Shown here: positions 42,329 to 50,902 of the stretch, piece after piece
Layout of the letters: the number at the start of each line of letters is the position of its first letter
Position numbering within the stretch: the stretch's first letter is position 1
Assembly: GCA_002009975.1 (NCBI GenBank)
Contig: MTLP01000042.1
Span: 64,001 to 128,000 of the forward strand
Length of the DNA stretch: 64,000 nucleotides
Origin: Thermococcus sp. JdFR-02
Lineage (GTDB): Archaea > Methanobacteriota_B > Thermococci > Thermococcales > Thermococcaceae
Direction of reading: 5' to 3'
Position numbers and translations under genes: made by a program
The notes under the pieces: generated by a model
The model's database searches: none
What the model saw: only the letters and a program-made list of their open reading frames with translations
What the model was told of the DNA's origin: nothing

Positions 42329-43519
42329 TCAATAGAGCACAATCTCAACCTCTTCCCCTTCTCTGTAACCCTCAACATCTTCTGGAATAATCAGATAGCC
42401 ATTGCTCTCAACTAATGAGCTTATCAATCCGCTTCCGCTCTTCCGTATTGGCTTTGCTTTCCCATCTTCATACCAAACCTTGACAAATTCATAACGCCCC
42501 AATGTTGAGCTAACTTTGGAGGCAAGCCTTGCTTTGACTTTGATGTCTTTATAATCAGCACCAGCAAGCTTTATCAAAGCATACTTAACAAAGAGATGGA
42601 ATTGCGTAAATACAGCAACAGGATAGCCACTCATTACAAAAATCTTCTCTCCATATCCCATAGGTCTTCCGGGTCTTATTGTTGTGCCGTGGAACAAAAG
42701 CCTAACGAACTTATGGGCATAATCCTTATCTCCAAAAGCACTTCCGCCGGTAATCAGCACTAAATCGCATTCTTTTTTGGTTTTTTCGAGTGCTTCATTT
42801 ATTTTAGCTTCATCATCTGGAAGAACACCATAAAAAATTGGCTCTCCGAAGTACTGTCTAACTAAGCTTTTGAGCATTATTGAGTTGCTCTCCAAAATTT
42901 TGCCTTCATTAAGGGCTTTTTCGTCAAGATCTTCTATAAGTTCATCCCCAGTGACGATAATACCTACTTTTGGCTTTCTCTTCACTTTAATCCTCTTTAT
43001 TCCAACGCTCTTAAGCAATGCTAAATCTTGAGCTCTTAAAATTTGCCTTTTCCTTAAAAGAACTTCTCCTTTTTTGATATCTTCTCCTTTGAAAGAAACA
43101 TTTTGCCCGGGAGCAACAGGTCTTAACACATAGATCCTATTTCCTTCTCTCTTAACGTGCTCTTGCATTATAACAGCATTAGCCCCCTTGGGGATTTTGT
43201 TTCCTGTCATTAGCTTTATAGCTTTCCCTTTCCCTACCTCTTTTTTGCTTTCCATACCAGCAGTTATTTCATCTATGACCTCAAGTTCTATTGGATTGTA
43301 TTCCCTTGCTTGGAAGGTATCTTCAGCTCTTACTGCATAACCATCAACAGCCGATCTATCAAAAGGTGGTGAATCGATCGGAGAAATTATGTCCTCAGCT
43401 AAAACTCTACCTAATGCTTCATCTAGAGAAACCTCTTCAACTTCTTTAGTCTCTTCAATATCATTAATCATCAAGTTGAAAGCCTCTTTGTAAGGGGTTA
43501 GCTTTTTGAATTCTCTCAT
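42329..43519 (-). CDS. moeA: Molybdopterin molybdenum/tungsten transferase
   Basis: GRVLAED, PPFDRSAVDGYA, TG..IP.GA.AV, TGDEL, TGG. Confidence 0.93.
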   Translation of the reverse strand: MREFKKLTPYKEAFNLMINDIEETKEVEEVSLDEALGRVLAEDIISPIDSPPFDRSAVDGYAVRAEDTFQAREYNPIELEVIDEITAGMESKKEVGKGKAIKLMTGNKIPKGANAVIMQEHVKREGNRIYVLRPVAPGQNVSFKGEDIKKGEVLLRKRQILRAQDLALLKSVGIKRIKVKRKPKVGIIVTGDELIEDLDEKALNEGKILESNSIMLKSLVRQYFGEPIFYGVLPDDEAKINEALEKTKKECDLVLITGGSAFGDKDYAHKFVRLLFHGTTIRPGRPMGYGEKIFVMSGYPVAVFTQFHLFVKYALIKLAGADYKDIKVKARLASKVSSTLGRYEFVKVWYEDGKAKPIRKSGSGLISSLVESNGYLIIPEDVEGYREGEEVEIVLY

Positions 43520-43543
43520 ACAAATCACCCTATTTAATTCTTT

Positions 43544-43563
43544 AATTGCATGATTATGCAATT
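43544..43563. repeat. 20-bp intergenic palindrome, copy 2
   Basis: AATTGCATGATTATGCAATT between moaB and moeA. Confidence 0.6.
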
Positions 43564-43573
43564 CTGTAATTGT

Positions 43574-44083
43574 CTATTCCCTTGCATGCTTCAAAATGTG
43601 GTATGCTTCTTTTTTAATTATCTCCACTCCCACTTTAACCGCATTTAAGCTTCCCGGCAAGCAAAAGACTACCTTGCTTTCTTTATCTCTTATAATCCCA
43701 GCTGTTGCCCTTGTGAGAACTGCGGCAGTTCCAACTTCTTTAAAGCTTTTTAATCTAAAAATCTCTCCAAAGCCAATAAGTTCTTTATCAAAAAGAAGTC
43801 TAGCGATTTCAATCGTGATATCTCTTCGTGTTATTCCAGTTCCGCCAGTTGTGATGACTACTTCAGCTTTTTCTAAAGCTTCGAGGAGAGCTTTTAGAAT
43901 TGCCAATTTTTCATCTGGGACTATTTTATAGTAAACGTTTTCATTTCCAGCATTTTTTAATTCTTCAATTATGTAATAACCGCTTAAATCTTCCTTTTTC
44001 CCTAAGCTTGCGGTATCGCTAACAGTTATTACAGCAAACTTAAAACTCTTCGGTGCTTTAGCTCTATGCTCTTCAACTCCCAT
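43574..44083 (-). CDS. moaB: Molybdopterin adenylyltransferase
   Basis: ITVSD, D.SG, VPDE, TTGGTG...RD.T.E, LPGS. Confidence 0.92.
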   Translation of the reverse strand: MGVEEHRAKAPKSFKFAVITVSDTASLGKKEDLSGYYIIEELKNAGNENVYYKIVPDEKLAILKALLEALEKAEVVITTGGTGITRRDITIEIARLLFDKELIGFGEIFRLKSFKEVGTAAVLTRATAGIIRDKESKVVFCLPGSLNAVKVGVEIIKKEAYHILKHARE

Positions 44084-44132
44084 GTTATCACCTAAAAGAG
44101 TTTAGAAAATTGGGTTTAATAACCTTATTGAG

Positions 44133-44984
44133 TTAAGTCTTTTTGTTTAACATCTTTCTAATGTTCTCCACCAATTCCCTGTCATTAAGGGCTGAAGATT
44201 CTAAAAGACCTCTCTTTTTCAAGTTATAGGCAATTTTTACGCTTGCTGGAATTCTAATGCCTAAATTTTGTAAAAGATCAACTTCTTCAAAAATCTGCTT
44301 TGGCTTTCCTTCCAAAATTATTTCTCCTTTATCAAGGACAATGACCTTATCAGCGAATTCTAAAATGTAATCAGTGTTGTGTTCGACCATAATTATTGTT
44401 ATCCCTTGCTCTTTATTTAGCAAAGTTACTAAACTCAAAACTTGCTCTTTCCCAAGGGGATCAAGCTGGGAAGTTGGTTCATCTAAAACAAGAACTTCTG
44501 GCTTCATAGCTAGAACGCTTGCTATTGCCAACCTCTGCTTTTGACCACCACTTAGATTTGGTGGGAACTCATTTTCTAACCCTTCTAATCCAGCTAATCT
44601 TAAAGCCCATCTAATCCTTTTCTTAATTTCTTCAATGTCCAAACCTAAATTTTCTAAACCAAAAGCAACTTCTTCTTCAACTGTCATGTTAAAAAGCTGG
44701 GAATCAGGATTTTGCAAGACCAACCCAACGATGGTCGAAAGCTTTGCCACACTTGTCTCTTTTGTGTTATATCCCTTTACATAAACATCCCCTTCAAATT
44801 CTCCGCTTATCGAATGGGGGATTATACCATTGAATGTTAAGCATAGGGTTGACTTTCCACTTCCACTAGCTCCCAATATTCCCAAAAATTCGCCTTTTTT
44901 GACTTTAAGCTCTATATTTTTCAGGGAATATTCTTTTGAGCCACTGTACTTAAAGCTCAACTGTTCAACTCGGATTAAGGGCAT
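44133..44984 (-). CDS. ECF transporter ATPase (EcfA/CbiO)
   Basis: GASGSGKST, QNPDSQ, EEVAFG.EN, LSGGQKQR, LDEPT.QLDP. Confidence 0.9.
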   Translation of the reverse strand: MPLIRVEQLSFKYSGSKEYSLKNIELKVKKGEFLGILGASGSGKSTLCLTFNGIIPHSISGEFEGDVYVKGYNTKETSVAKLSTIVGLVLQNPDSQLFNMTVEEEVAFGLENLGLDIEEIKKRIRWALRLAGLEGLENEFPPNLSGGQKQRLAIASVLAMKPEVLVLDEPTSQLDPLGKEQVLSLVTLLNKEQGITIIMVEHNTDYILEFADKVIVLDKGEIILEGKPKQIFEEVDLLQNLGIRIPASVKIAYNLKKRGLLESSALNDRELVENIRKMLNKKT

Positions 44985-45042
44985 AGTTTAAATTTGCCCA
45001 TGAACCTTTAAAAGTCTTAAGAACAAAATTTGGTTGGTGGTG

Positions 45043-46062
45043 ACTGTGAGTAGAGAGGGAGTCTGGAAATATCTGAGCTTTATTCTCACATTGTTATTGG
45101 CTTTAGCTATAATCTCAAATATCTTACTGTACTTCCAAAATAGTGAGCTTCAAAAAGCCTTGGAAAATAAGACAACAGAAATAAGAGTCGAAGTTCCGAA
45201 TGTAACCTACACAATTTCTGGTAACATAACAGCCCTTCAAGCCAAGATTGAGGATCTTCAAAAGGAAATTGAATATTTAAAACTTCAATTGAGGGAAAAA
45301 CAACAAATTTCTGCCAATACTACAATAGCAATTTTACCCATAATGGGACCTATAGATGAGTACACTGCCATGGACATAGTTTCTAAAATTAGACAGATAA
45401 GACAAAACAAAACAATTGGAGGAGTTTTATTATGGATCGAAAGCCCCGGAGGTTATGTAGGACCTGTTAGAGTTATATATAAAGAGCTCAAGAAGTTAGG
45501 TTATGAAAAGCCAATAGTTGCTTACACAGGGGGATATGCAGACTCTGGAGGTTATTTTATAGCTTCTGCCGCTGATAAAATTATTGCAGATCCATTAGCC
45601 GAAGTTGGTAGCATTGGGGTGATTTATGTCCATTATGACTTGGAAGAGAACTATAGACAGTTTGGAATAAAAGTTAACGTCTTTAAGACTGGAAAATACA
45701 AAGATATGGGTGCTGAGTGGAGAGACTTAACTGAAGAAGAGAGGCAGATTATTAGGGAAGATATCGACACCTATTTCCAAGACTTTTTAAATGCCGTAAG
45801 TGAAGGGAGAAAGCTTGACATGAACACTACGAAACAGTATGCAGATGGTAGAATGTGGTTTGCTACAGAGGTTAAGGGCATACTAGTTGATGATACTGGA
45901 GATCTGGATTATGCAATAAAGGTCCTTGAAGAAATGATGGGCGTTAAAAGTGCAAGAGTAGTGTTGTACAATGTGCAAAAAGTTGATTTTGGAATTTATG
46001 AGAGCACCTCCCTCTACATGCCCTCTAACTATGCCCTCTCCTACATTAGGATTAGGGGGTGA
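45043..46062 (+). CDS. sppA: Signal peptide peptidase SppA (S49)
   Basis: N-terminal TM, coiled coil, ESPGG, SGGY, VGSIGV, TGKYKD; exact start uncertain. Confidence 0.88.
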   Translation, partial: TVSREGVWKYLSFILTLLLALAIISNILLYFQNSELQKALENKTTEIRVEVPNVTYTISGNITALQAKIEDLQKEIEYLKLQLREKQQISANTTIAILPIMGPIDEYTAMDIVSKIRQIRQNKTIGGVLLWIESPGGYVGPVRVIYKELKKLGYEKPIVAYTGGYADSGGYFIASAADKIIADPLAEVGSIGVIYVHYDLEENYRQFGIKVNVFKTGKYKDMGAEWRDLTEEERQIIREDIDTYFQDFLNAVSEGRKLDMNTTKQYADGRMWFATEVKGILVDDTGDLDYAIKVLEEMMGVKSARVVLYNVQKVDFGIYESTSLYMPSNYALSYIRIRG

Positions 46063-46066
46063 AAAA

Positions 46067-46546
46067 ATGCAATGTGAAGAGAAGCTTGAAGTTTTTGAAA
46101 ATGGCTTCGATGATGGAAAGTTTAATCTGAGGATTGAGTTTTATGGAAGTGATGCAAGAAAAATTCTTTTAGCAATAATTTACGAACTTTATCAGCCCGA
46201 ATACGGAAGTGAATATGTATATCCCTTTGAATGTGCTAAAGAATTTTGGGGAATTTACATGGATGGAAGTGAGGTTCAAGGCGAAGAACTAAGATTGAGC
46301 AAAACCAAGTTCATAAACAAGGCACTCATCAACAGACTTGAAAGTGTTTTAGAGAAAATAGATGCTCCAAGAGAAATTAAGGAACAAATTTCAAAGGAAA
46401 TCGAGAACTCAGAGATATATAAGCTCAAAGATGGCTTACTCGCCCTAGGGAAAAACTTTATCTTAGATGAAGGCAAAAAGGTAGTGTTTGTATTTAATAA
46501 ACCCAGTGCAAGGGAATTAATCTTGAGATATCTTAGGAAGTGGTGA
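46067..46546 (+). CDS. Conserved Thermococcales hypothetical protein
   Basis: GGGGTGA RBS before ATG 46067; YVYPFECAKEFW. Confidence 0.7.
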   Translation: MQCEEKLEVFENGFDDGKFNLRIEFYGSDARKILLAIIYELYQPEYGSEYVYPFECAKEFWGIYMDGSEVQGEELRLSKTKFINKALINRLESVLEKIDAPREIKEQISKEIENSEIYKLKDGLLALGKNFILDEGKKVVFVFNKPSARELILRYLRKW

Positions 46547-46547
46547 T

Positions 46548-47552
46548 ATGGAAAGAGAGTCTCTGGTATGGATTGGTGTTTCCCTCATAATACTTTATTT
46601 AGTGTGGAAAACTGTCGAGCCTCTTATTTCTCCTATAATCTTTGGTCTTGCAATGGCTTATGTTTTCCATCCTCTTCATGCGAAGCTAACTGTAAGATTT
46701 AATGAAAAGAAATCTGCAATACTCTTAACTGCTTTGATGACCATTATAGCAACACTATTAACAATCGGAGTTGTTTTGTGGCTTAGAGATGTCACGAGAT
46801 ATATTTACATTTACATCGATGAATTCTTTCAATGGCTTTCTGGAGTTTCTTTTCCTTTTGGAATCAGTGAAACTTTGAAAGGCTTATCTCAGACAATTCC
46901 AGAGAAGTTAAGTGCTTATCTCCTCAACTACACATTCTCACTTCCAAAGTTTTTGCTTCAGGCAATAATCTTCTTGGGAATATTCTACGCAACTCTTAGC
47001 AATGCTCAGTTTCTCTCAAAGGAGATGTATAATCTCCTCCCTAAAGAAAATCGAGAACTTGGAGTATTATTGATAGAGAAAGCAAAGCTAACGCTAAGTG
47101 CAATACTGAGAACTTGGTTAATGTTAAGTGTTGTCAAGGGAATATTTCTAGCGACTGGAATGATTATGTTCGATATAAGCAACGTTAGTGGAGCTATAGC
47201 AGCTGGAGTTTTATGTGTAGTTTTAGAGCTTTTGCCCATGATAGGTGGATGGATTCTTTGGCTAATCGGCTCATTTTATCTCATTTCCTCTGGAGATGTC
47301 GTGGGGGGAATACTCTTCGCTGTATACGGAGCTATATTCATCTCTCCAGTCCCCGATATAACAGTCAGACCAAAGTTAGTTGCTCAGGGTGCAAAGGTTA
47401 ATCCAATAGTAGCTTTCATAGGCATATTTGGCGGTATCATGTCATTTGGATTCAAGGGAATAATAATTGGTCCGGTATCTCTTGGATTGCTTGTAACCCT
47501 ATTAGAGGAGTGGAAGGAGCAGAAGAGAAGGGAGATAATACTCGGTAGCTAG
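46548..47552 (+). CDS. AI-2E (PerM/UPF0118) family transporter
   Basis: AY.F.P, LP.IG, D...RP.L, GG...FG..G.IIGP. Confidence 0.9.
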   Translation: MERESLVWIGVSLIILYLVWKTVEPLISPIIFGLAMAYVFHPLHAKLTVRFNEKKSAILLTALMTIIATLLTIGVVLWLRDVTRYIYIYIDEFFQWLSGVSFPFGISETLKGLSQTIPEKLSAYLLNYTFSLPKFLLQAIIFLGIFYATLSNAQFLSKEMYNLLPKENRELGVLLIEKAKLTLSAILRTWLMLSVVKGIFLATGMIMFDISNVSGAIAAGVLCVVLELLPMIGGWILWLIGSFYLISSGDVVGGILFAVYGAIFISPVPDITVRPKLVAQGAKVNPIVAFIGIFGGIMSFGFKGIIIGPVSLGLLVTLLEEWKEQKRREIILGS

Positions 47553-48541
47553 AAGAGCTTCCAAAGTTCATCACTTAACGGCTGTTCTAATTTTTCCTCT
47601 TTTCCATCTTTGACGATAATTCTAACACTCTTGTCTTCAAGGAACTCTCCAATTACTGAAGCCTCTATATTTTCGTTTTTAAGGGCTTTTACGATTTTTT
47701 CGGCATTTTCTTTTGGTGCTGATATCATCAATGCTCCAGAGCTTATCAGAGCTAAAGGATTTAGGTTATAATATTCACAAATTTTCTTAGTTTCTTCTGC
47801 AATTGGAATTCTTTCCCAGTAAACCCTAAAGCCTAAATTACTAGCATCTGCCATTTCATGCAATCCATTGGTTATTCCACCCTCTGTTGGATCATGCATA
47901 GCATTGACTCCAATTTCACTAGCTATTAGCGCATCTTTTACCACGCTAATTTTCCACAAAAAATCCTTAGCCCTCTTAACAAATTCTTCCCCAAAAACTT
48001 CTTTCAGCTCCTCTTCTTTCTCCATTGCGATGATTGATGTTCCTTCTATTGCTGCTCCCTTCGTTAAAATTATTGCATCCCCTGCTTTTGCATTTGAAGA
48101 ATAGACTAATTTTTCCCTCTTTACCTCTCCAAACATAGTTCCGACTACTATAGGTCTGTTCAAACCTGGGGTTACTTCCGTGTGTCCTCCAACTATTGAA
48201 ATTTCCAACTCCCTTGCACTTTTGTCCAAATCATTCATAATCTCCTCTAGAAGTGCTTCATCTGCATCTTCTGGCAATAAAATAGTCACTAAAAACCATT
48301 TTGGCTTTGCTCCAAAAGTTGCAACATCGTTGGCATTTACATTTACGGCATAGAACCCTATATGCTTACTTGCTCCCGTTATTGGGTCAGTTGATGCAAC
48401 TAAAATTGTATCTCCAAGATCTATTGCAGTTGCATCTAGTCCCACGCCTGGCTTTATTAGAACCCTATTATCTTCAATCCCCAACCTTCTAAATACAATG
48501 CTTTTAAGTTTCTCTGGTGGAATTTTACCGGTAGGCAACAT
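47549..48541 (-). CDS. AIR synthase-related (PurM/ThiL/HypE-fold) protein
   Basis: GK, G.D, STDPITG, NAND.A..GA.P, GGHTE, HDPTEGG. Confidence 0.85.
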   Translation of the reverse strand: MLPTGKIPPEKLKSIVFRRLGIEDNRVLIKPGVGLDATAIDLGDTILVASTDPITGASKHIGFYAVNVNANDVATFGAKPKWFLVTILLPEDADEALLEEIMNDLDKSARELEISIVGGHTEVTPGLNRPIVVGTMFGEVKREKLVYSSNAKAGDAIILTKGAAIEGTSIIAMEKEEELKEVFGEEFVKRAKDFLWKISVVKDALIASEIGVNAMHDPTEGGITNGLHEMADASNLGFRVYWERIPIAEETKKICEYYNLNPLALISSGALMISAPKENAEKIVKALKNENIEASVIGEFLEDKSVRIIVKDGKEEKLEQPLSDELWKLF

Positions 48542-48602
48542 TTCTCATCGCCAAAGAAACTTTAAAACAATAAATTAAAAACCTTGCTACAAAAATGGAA
48601 AG

Positions 48603-48664
48603 GTAACCTCAGCGAGAAGTCGGTCATCATTTTTCAGCTCACTCTTGTTCCAATCATCGGTCAC
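48603..48664 (-). ncRNA. Box C/D guide sRNA
   Basis: Minus strand GTGACC-GATGATT-GGAACAAGAGTGAG-CTGA-AAA-ATGATGA-CCGACTTCTCG-CTGA-GGTTAC with terminal stem. Confidence 0.88.
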
Positions 48665-48713
48665 TAAAAACTTAAAAATTCATCTTTAAAAATTTACCTT
48701 AGATGTTCAAGGC

Positions 48714-48775
48714 ATTGATGATGAAGCTGAGGACACCTGAGCGAGGCGATGAGGATTCTTCGCTTCGCTGATAAA
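48714..48775 (+). ncRNA. Box C/D guide sRNA
   Basis: C ATGATGA (48718), guide AGCTGAGGACAC, D' CTGA (48737), C' ATGAGGA (48749), guide TTCTTCGCTTCG, D CTGA (48768). Confidence 0.92.
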
Positions 48776-48786
48776 AAGAAAGGGAG

Positions 48787-49581
48787 TTAAGCCTTCTTTT
48801 CCAAATATTTTTCTAAGGGTTTTGCAGGTATGTCTAATGCTAGCTTCATAGGTTTGAGAACTGTCCTTAAAGCATAAACCTTTGCATGTTCTGTAAACTC
48901 CTCTGGGGCATATTCTGTTGGCGTAAAGTTCAAAAGCTTCTCTGTGATGCCTTTTATTTCACTCTCGCTCCTTACCTTCTTAAATTCTCTGAAATATCCT
49001 TCAATACCTTTAACGTCTATCTCTGCATAGATTGGGATCTTTAAAGTAATTGTTTCATTTATGCTTGCCAATATCCTTGCAACATCTATTAAAGGAGTTT
49101 TCTCATCTATCATTAGTCTCTTAACGACTATCCAAGAACCGTGTTTAGCTGTAAAGTTTATGTGATCGTCTTCATAGGGTAAGGCAACCTTAAGCTCACT
49201 TATTGGATTTTCGGGGTAATCTATCTTGAGCTTTCCTGAGAGGGTTTCTCTAACTAAAAGAGCCTTTGCTACTTCCACTAACATCTTTTTTAATTTTTTA
49301 TCCTCTTCAAAGACTAATGGGCTGAGCTTTCTTGAAGTTCCTGGCGATTTCAAAGCTTTAAAGACTTCCCAAAGCTCTTTTTCAGCTAAACTCTCTGCAA
49401 GAGATTTGACACCCTTAACGTCAATAGCATCACTTAAATATGTGGGAATCTTCAGGTTTATTGAATTTGAAACGCTTGCTAAGAAATGAGCTATACTCTT
49501 ATTTTCCATCTCTGTAAGCTTATCTCCCACTTTCCATTCTTTATGCTTTGCAGTAAACATTACATGATCTACGACTTTCAT
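48787..49581 (-). CDS. DUF2666-like protein with internal duplication
   Basis: DHV.FTAKH..W.V..KL and DHINFTAKHGSW.V.KRL repeats, LAS..N/ET...KIP.Y twice. Confidence 0.75.
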   Translation of the reverse strand: MKVVDHVMFTAKHKEWKVGDKLTEMENKSIAHFLASVSNSINLKIPTYLSDAIDVKGVKSLAESLAEKELWEVFKALKSPGTSRKLSPLVFEEDKKLKKMLVEVAKALLVRETLSGKLKIDYPENPISELKVALPYEDDHINFTAKHGSWIVVKRLMIDEKTPLIDVARILASINETITLKIPIYAEIDVKGIEGYFREFKKVRSESEIKGITEKLLNFTPTEYAPEEFTEHAKVYALRTVLKPMKLALDIPAKPLEKYLEKKA

Positions 49582-49629
49582 GACACCACCACCTTCTCTT
49601 ATTCCTACTTCATTTTTAGTTTTTTCTTA

Positions 49630-49646
49630 GTTTTAAACAGTTGGTT
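49630..49646 (+). promoter_or_regulatory. Long SurR binding site upstream of hypE promoter
   Basis: GTTTTAAACAGTTGGTT = GTTn3AACn5GTT, just upstream of TTTTAAA box. Confidence 0.8.
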
Positions 49647-49694
49647 TAAGGTGAGCTTTTAAAGGGTATCTTATAATTTTAGGTTGGTGATGCT

Positions 49695-50705
49695 ATGAGA
49701 ATCAAGCTTGAATATGGTGCTGGTGGAGAGCTAATGGGAGAGTTCATTAGAGATGTCATCCTAAAGAATATTGCGCTGAAAAGCTTGGGTGGAATCGGGT
49801 TAGAGGCGTTAGATGACGGTGCTACAATCCCCTTTGAAGATAAACACATAGTTTTCACGATAGACGGTCACACTGTAAAACCACTATTCTTCCCTGGAGG
49901 AGACGTTGGGAGACTAGCGGTTAGTGGAACGGTTAATGATCTAGCGGTTATGGGTGCTAAACCCTTAGCTTTAGCCAATTCAATGATAATTCAAGAAGGT
50001 TTCGGAATGGAAGAATTCGAGAGGATTCTAAAATCAATGGATGAAACATCAAAGGAAGTTCCTGTTTCAATAGTTACGGGAGACACAAAAGTTGTCGAAG
50101 ATAAAATCGGGATCTTTGTAATAACGGCTGGAATTGGAATTGCCGAGAAACCCATAAGCGATAATGGGGCAAAAGTTGGAGATGTAATCTTAGTTAGCGG
50201 AACTGTTGGAGATCATGGAATTGCAATTATGAGCCATAGAGAGGGAATATCTTTTGAAACCGAGCTTAAAAGTGATGTTGCACCCATTTGGGAGGTAGTT
50301 GAGAGCGTTGCAAAAGCCATTGGATGGGAAAACATTCATGCAATGAAAGATCCAACGAGAGGAGGATTAAGCAACGCTTTGAATGAAATGGCGAGAAAAG
50401 CAGATGTTGGATTTTTGGTTAGAGAGAGTGACATACCAATAAAACCAGAGGTTAAAGCAGCAAGTGATATGCTTGGCATAAGTCCCTTTGAGGTTGCTAA
50501 TGAAGGGAAAGTTGTCATGGTCGTGAATAAGGAATATGCCGAAGAAGCATTAGAGGCTATGAGAAGGACAAGGTATGGAAAGGAAGCAGCTATAATAGGG
50601 GAGGTCATTGAGGACTATAAAGGGAAAGTTGTTTTGGAAACAGGAATTGGCGGAAAGAGATTTTTGGAACCACCAATTGGAGACCCTGTACCAAGGGTTT
50701 GTTGA
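49695..50705 (+). CDS. hypE: [NiFe]-hydrogenase maturation protein HypE
   Basis: G.GG, FFPGGD.G.LAV.GTVNDL, TGDTKVV, DPTRGG, ANEG, C-terminal PRVC. Confidence 0.95.
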   Translation: MRIKLEYGAGGELMGEFIRDVILKNIALKSLGGIGLEALDDGATIPFEDKHIVFTIDGHTVKPLFFPGGDVGRLAVSGTVNDLAVMGAKPLALANSMIIQEGFGMEEFERILKSMDETSKEVPVSIVTGDTKVVEDKIGIFVITAGIGIAEKPISDNGAKVGDVILVSGTVGDHGIAIMSHREGISFETELKSDVAPIWEVVESVAKAIGWENIHAMKDPTRGGLSNALNEMARKADVGFLVRESDIPIKPEVKAASDMLGISPFEVANEGKVVMVVNKEYAEEALEAMRRTRYGKEAAIIGEVIEDYKGKVVLETGIGGKRFLEPPIGDPVPRVC

Positions 50706-50748
50706 TGTAAGCATAAGAGGTATAAACCCTAAAACAATAATAACTAAC

Positions 50749-50810
50749 GGCACAGGCTTGCCAGACCTATGAAAACCATGAGTAGGTCTGCCCTTCCTGT
50801 GCCTACATCT
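50749..50810 (+). ncRNA. Single-hairpin H/ACA pseudouridylation guide RNA
   Basis: Basal stem GGCACAGG/CCTGTGCC, pocket CTTGC/CCCTT, upper stem CAGACCTA/TAGGTCTG, K-loop-like TGA...ATGA, ACA at 50805, 14 nt below upper stem; TATAAA at 50721; T-run after. Confidence 0.85.
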
Positions 50811-50902
50811 TTTTTGTCCAAGTTTTAGCCGAATATTTTTTGCTAAAAATTTATAAGAGGAGTTAAGCTATTGGTGCATGAGAGTGAGAAGAGGGATCTA
50901 TC

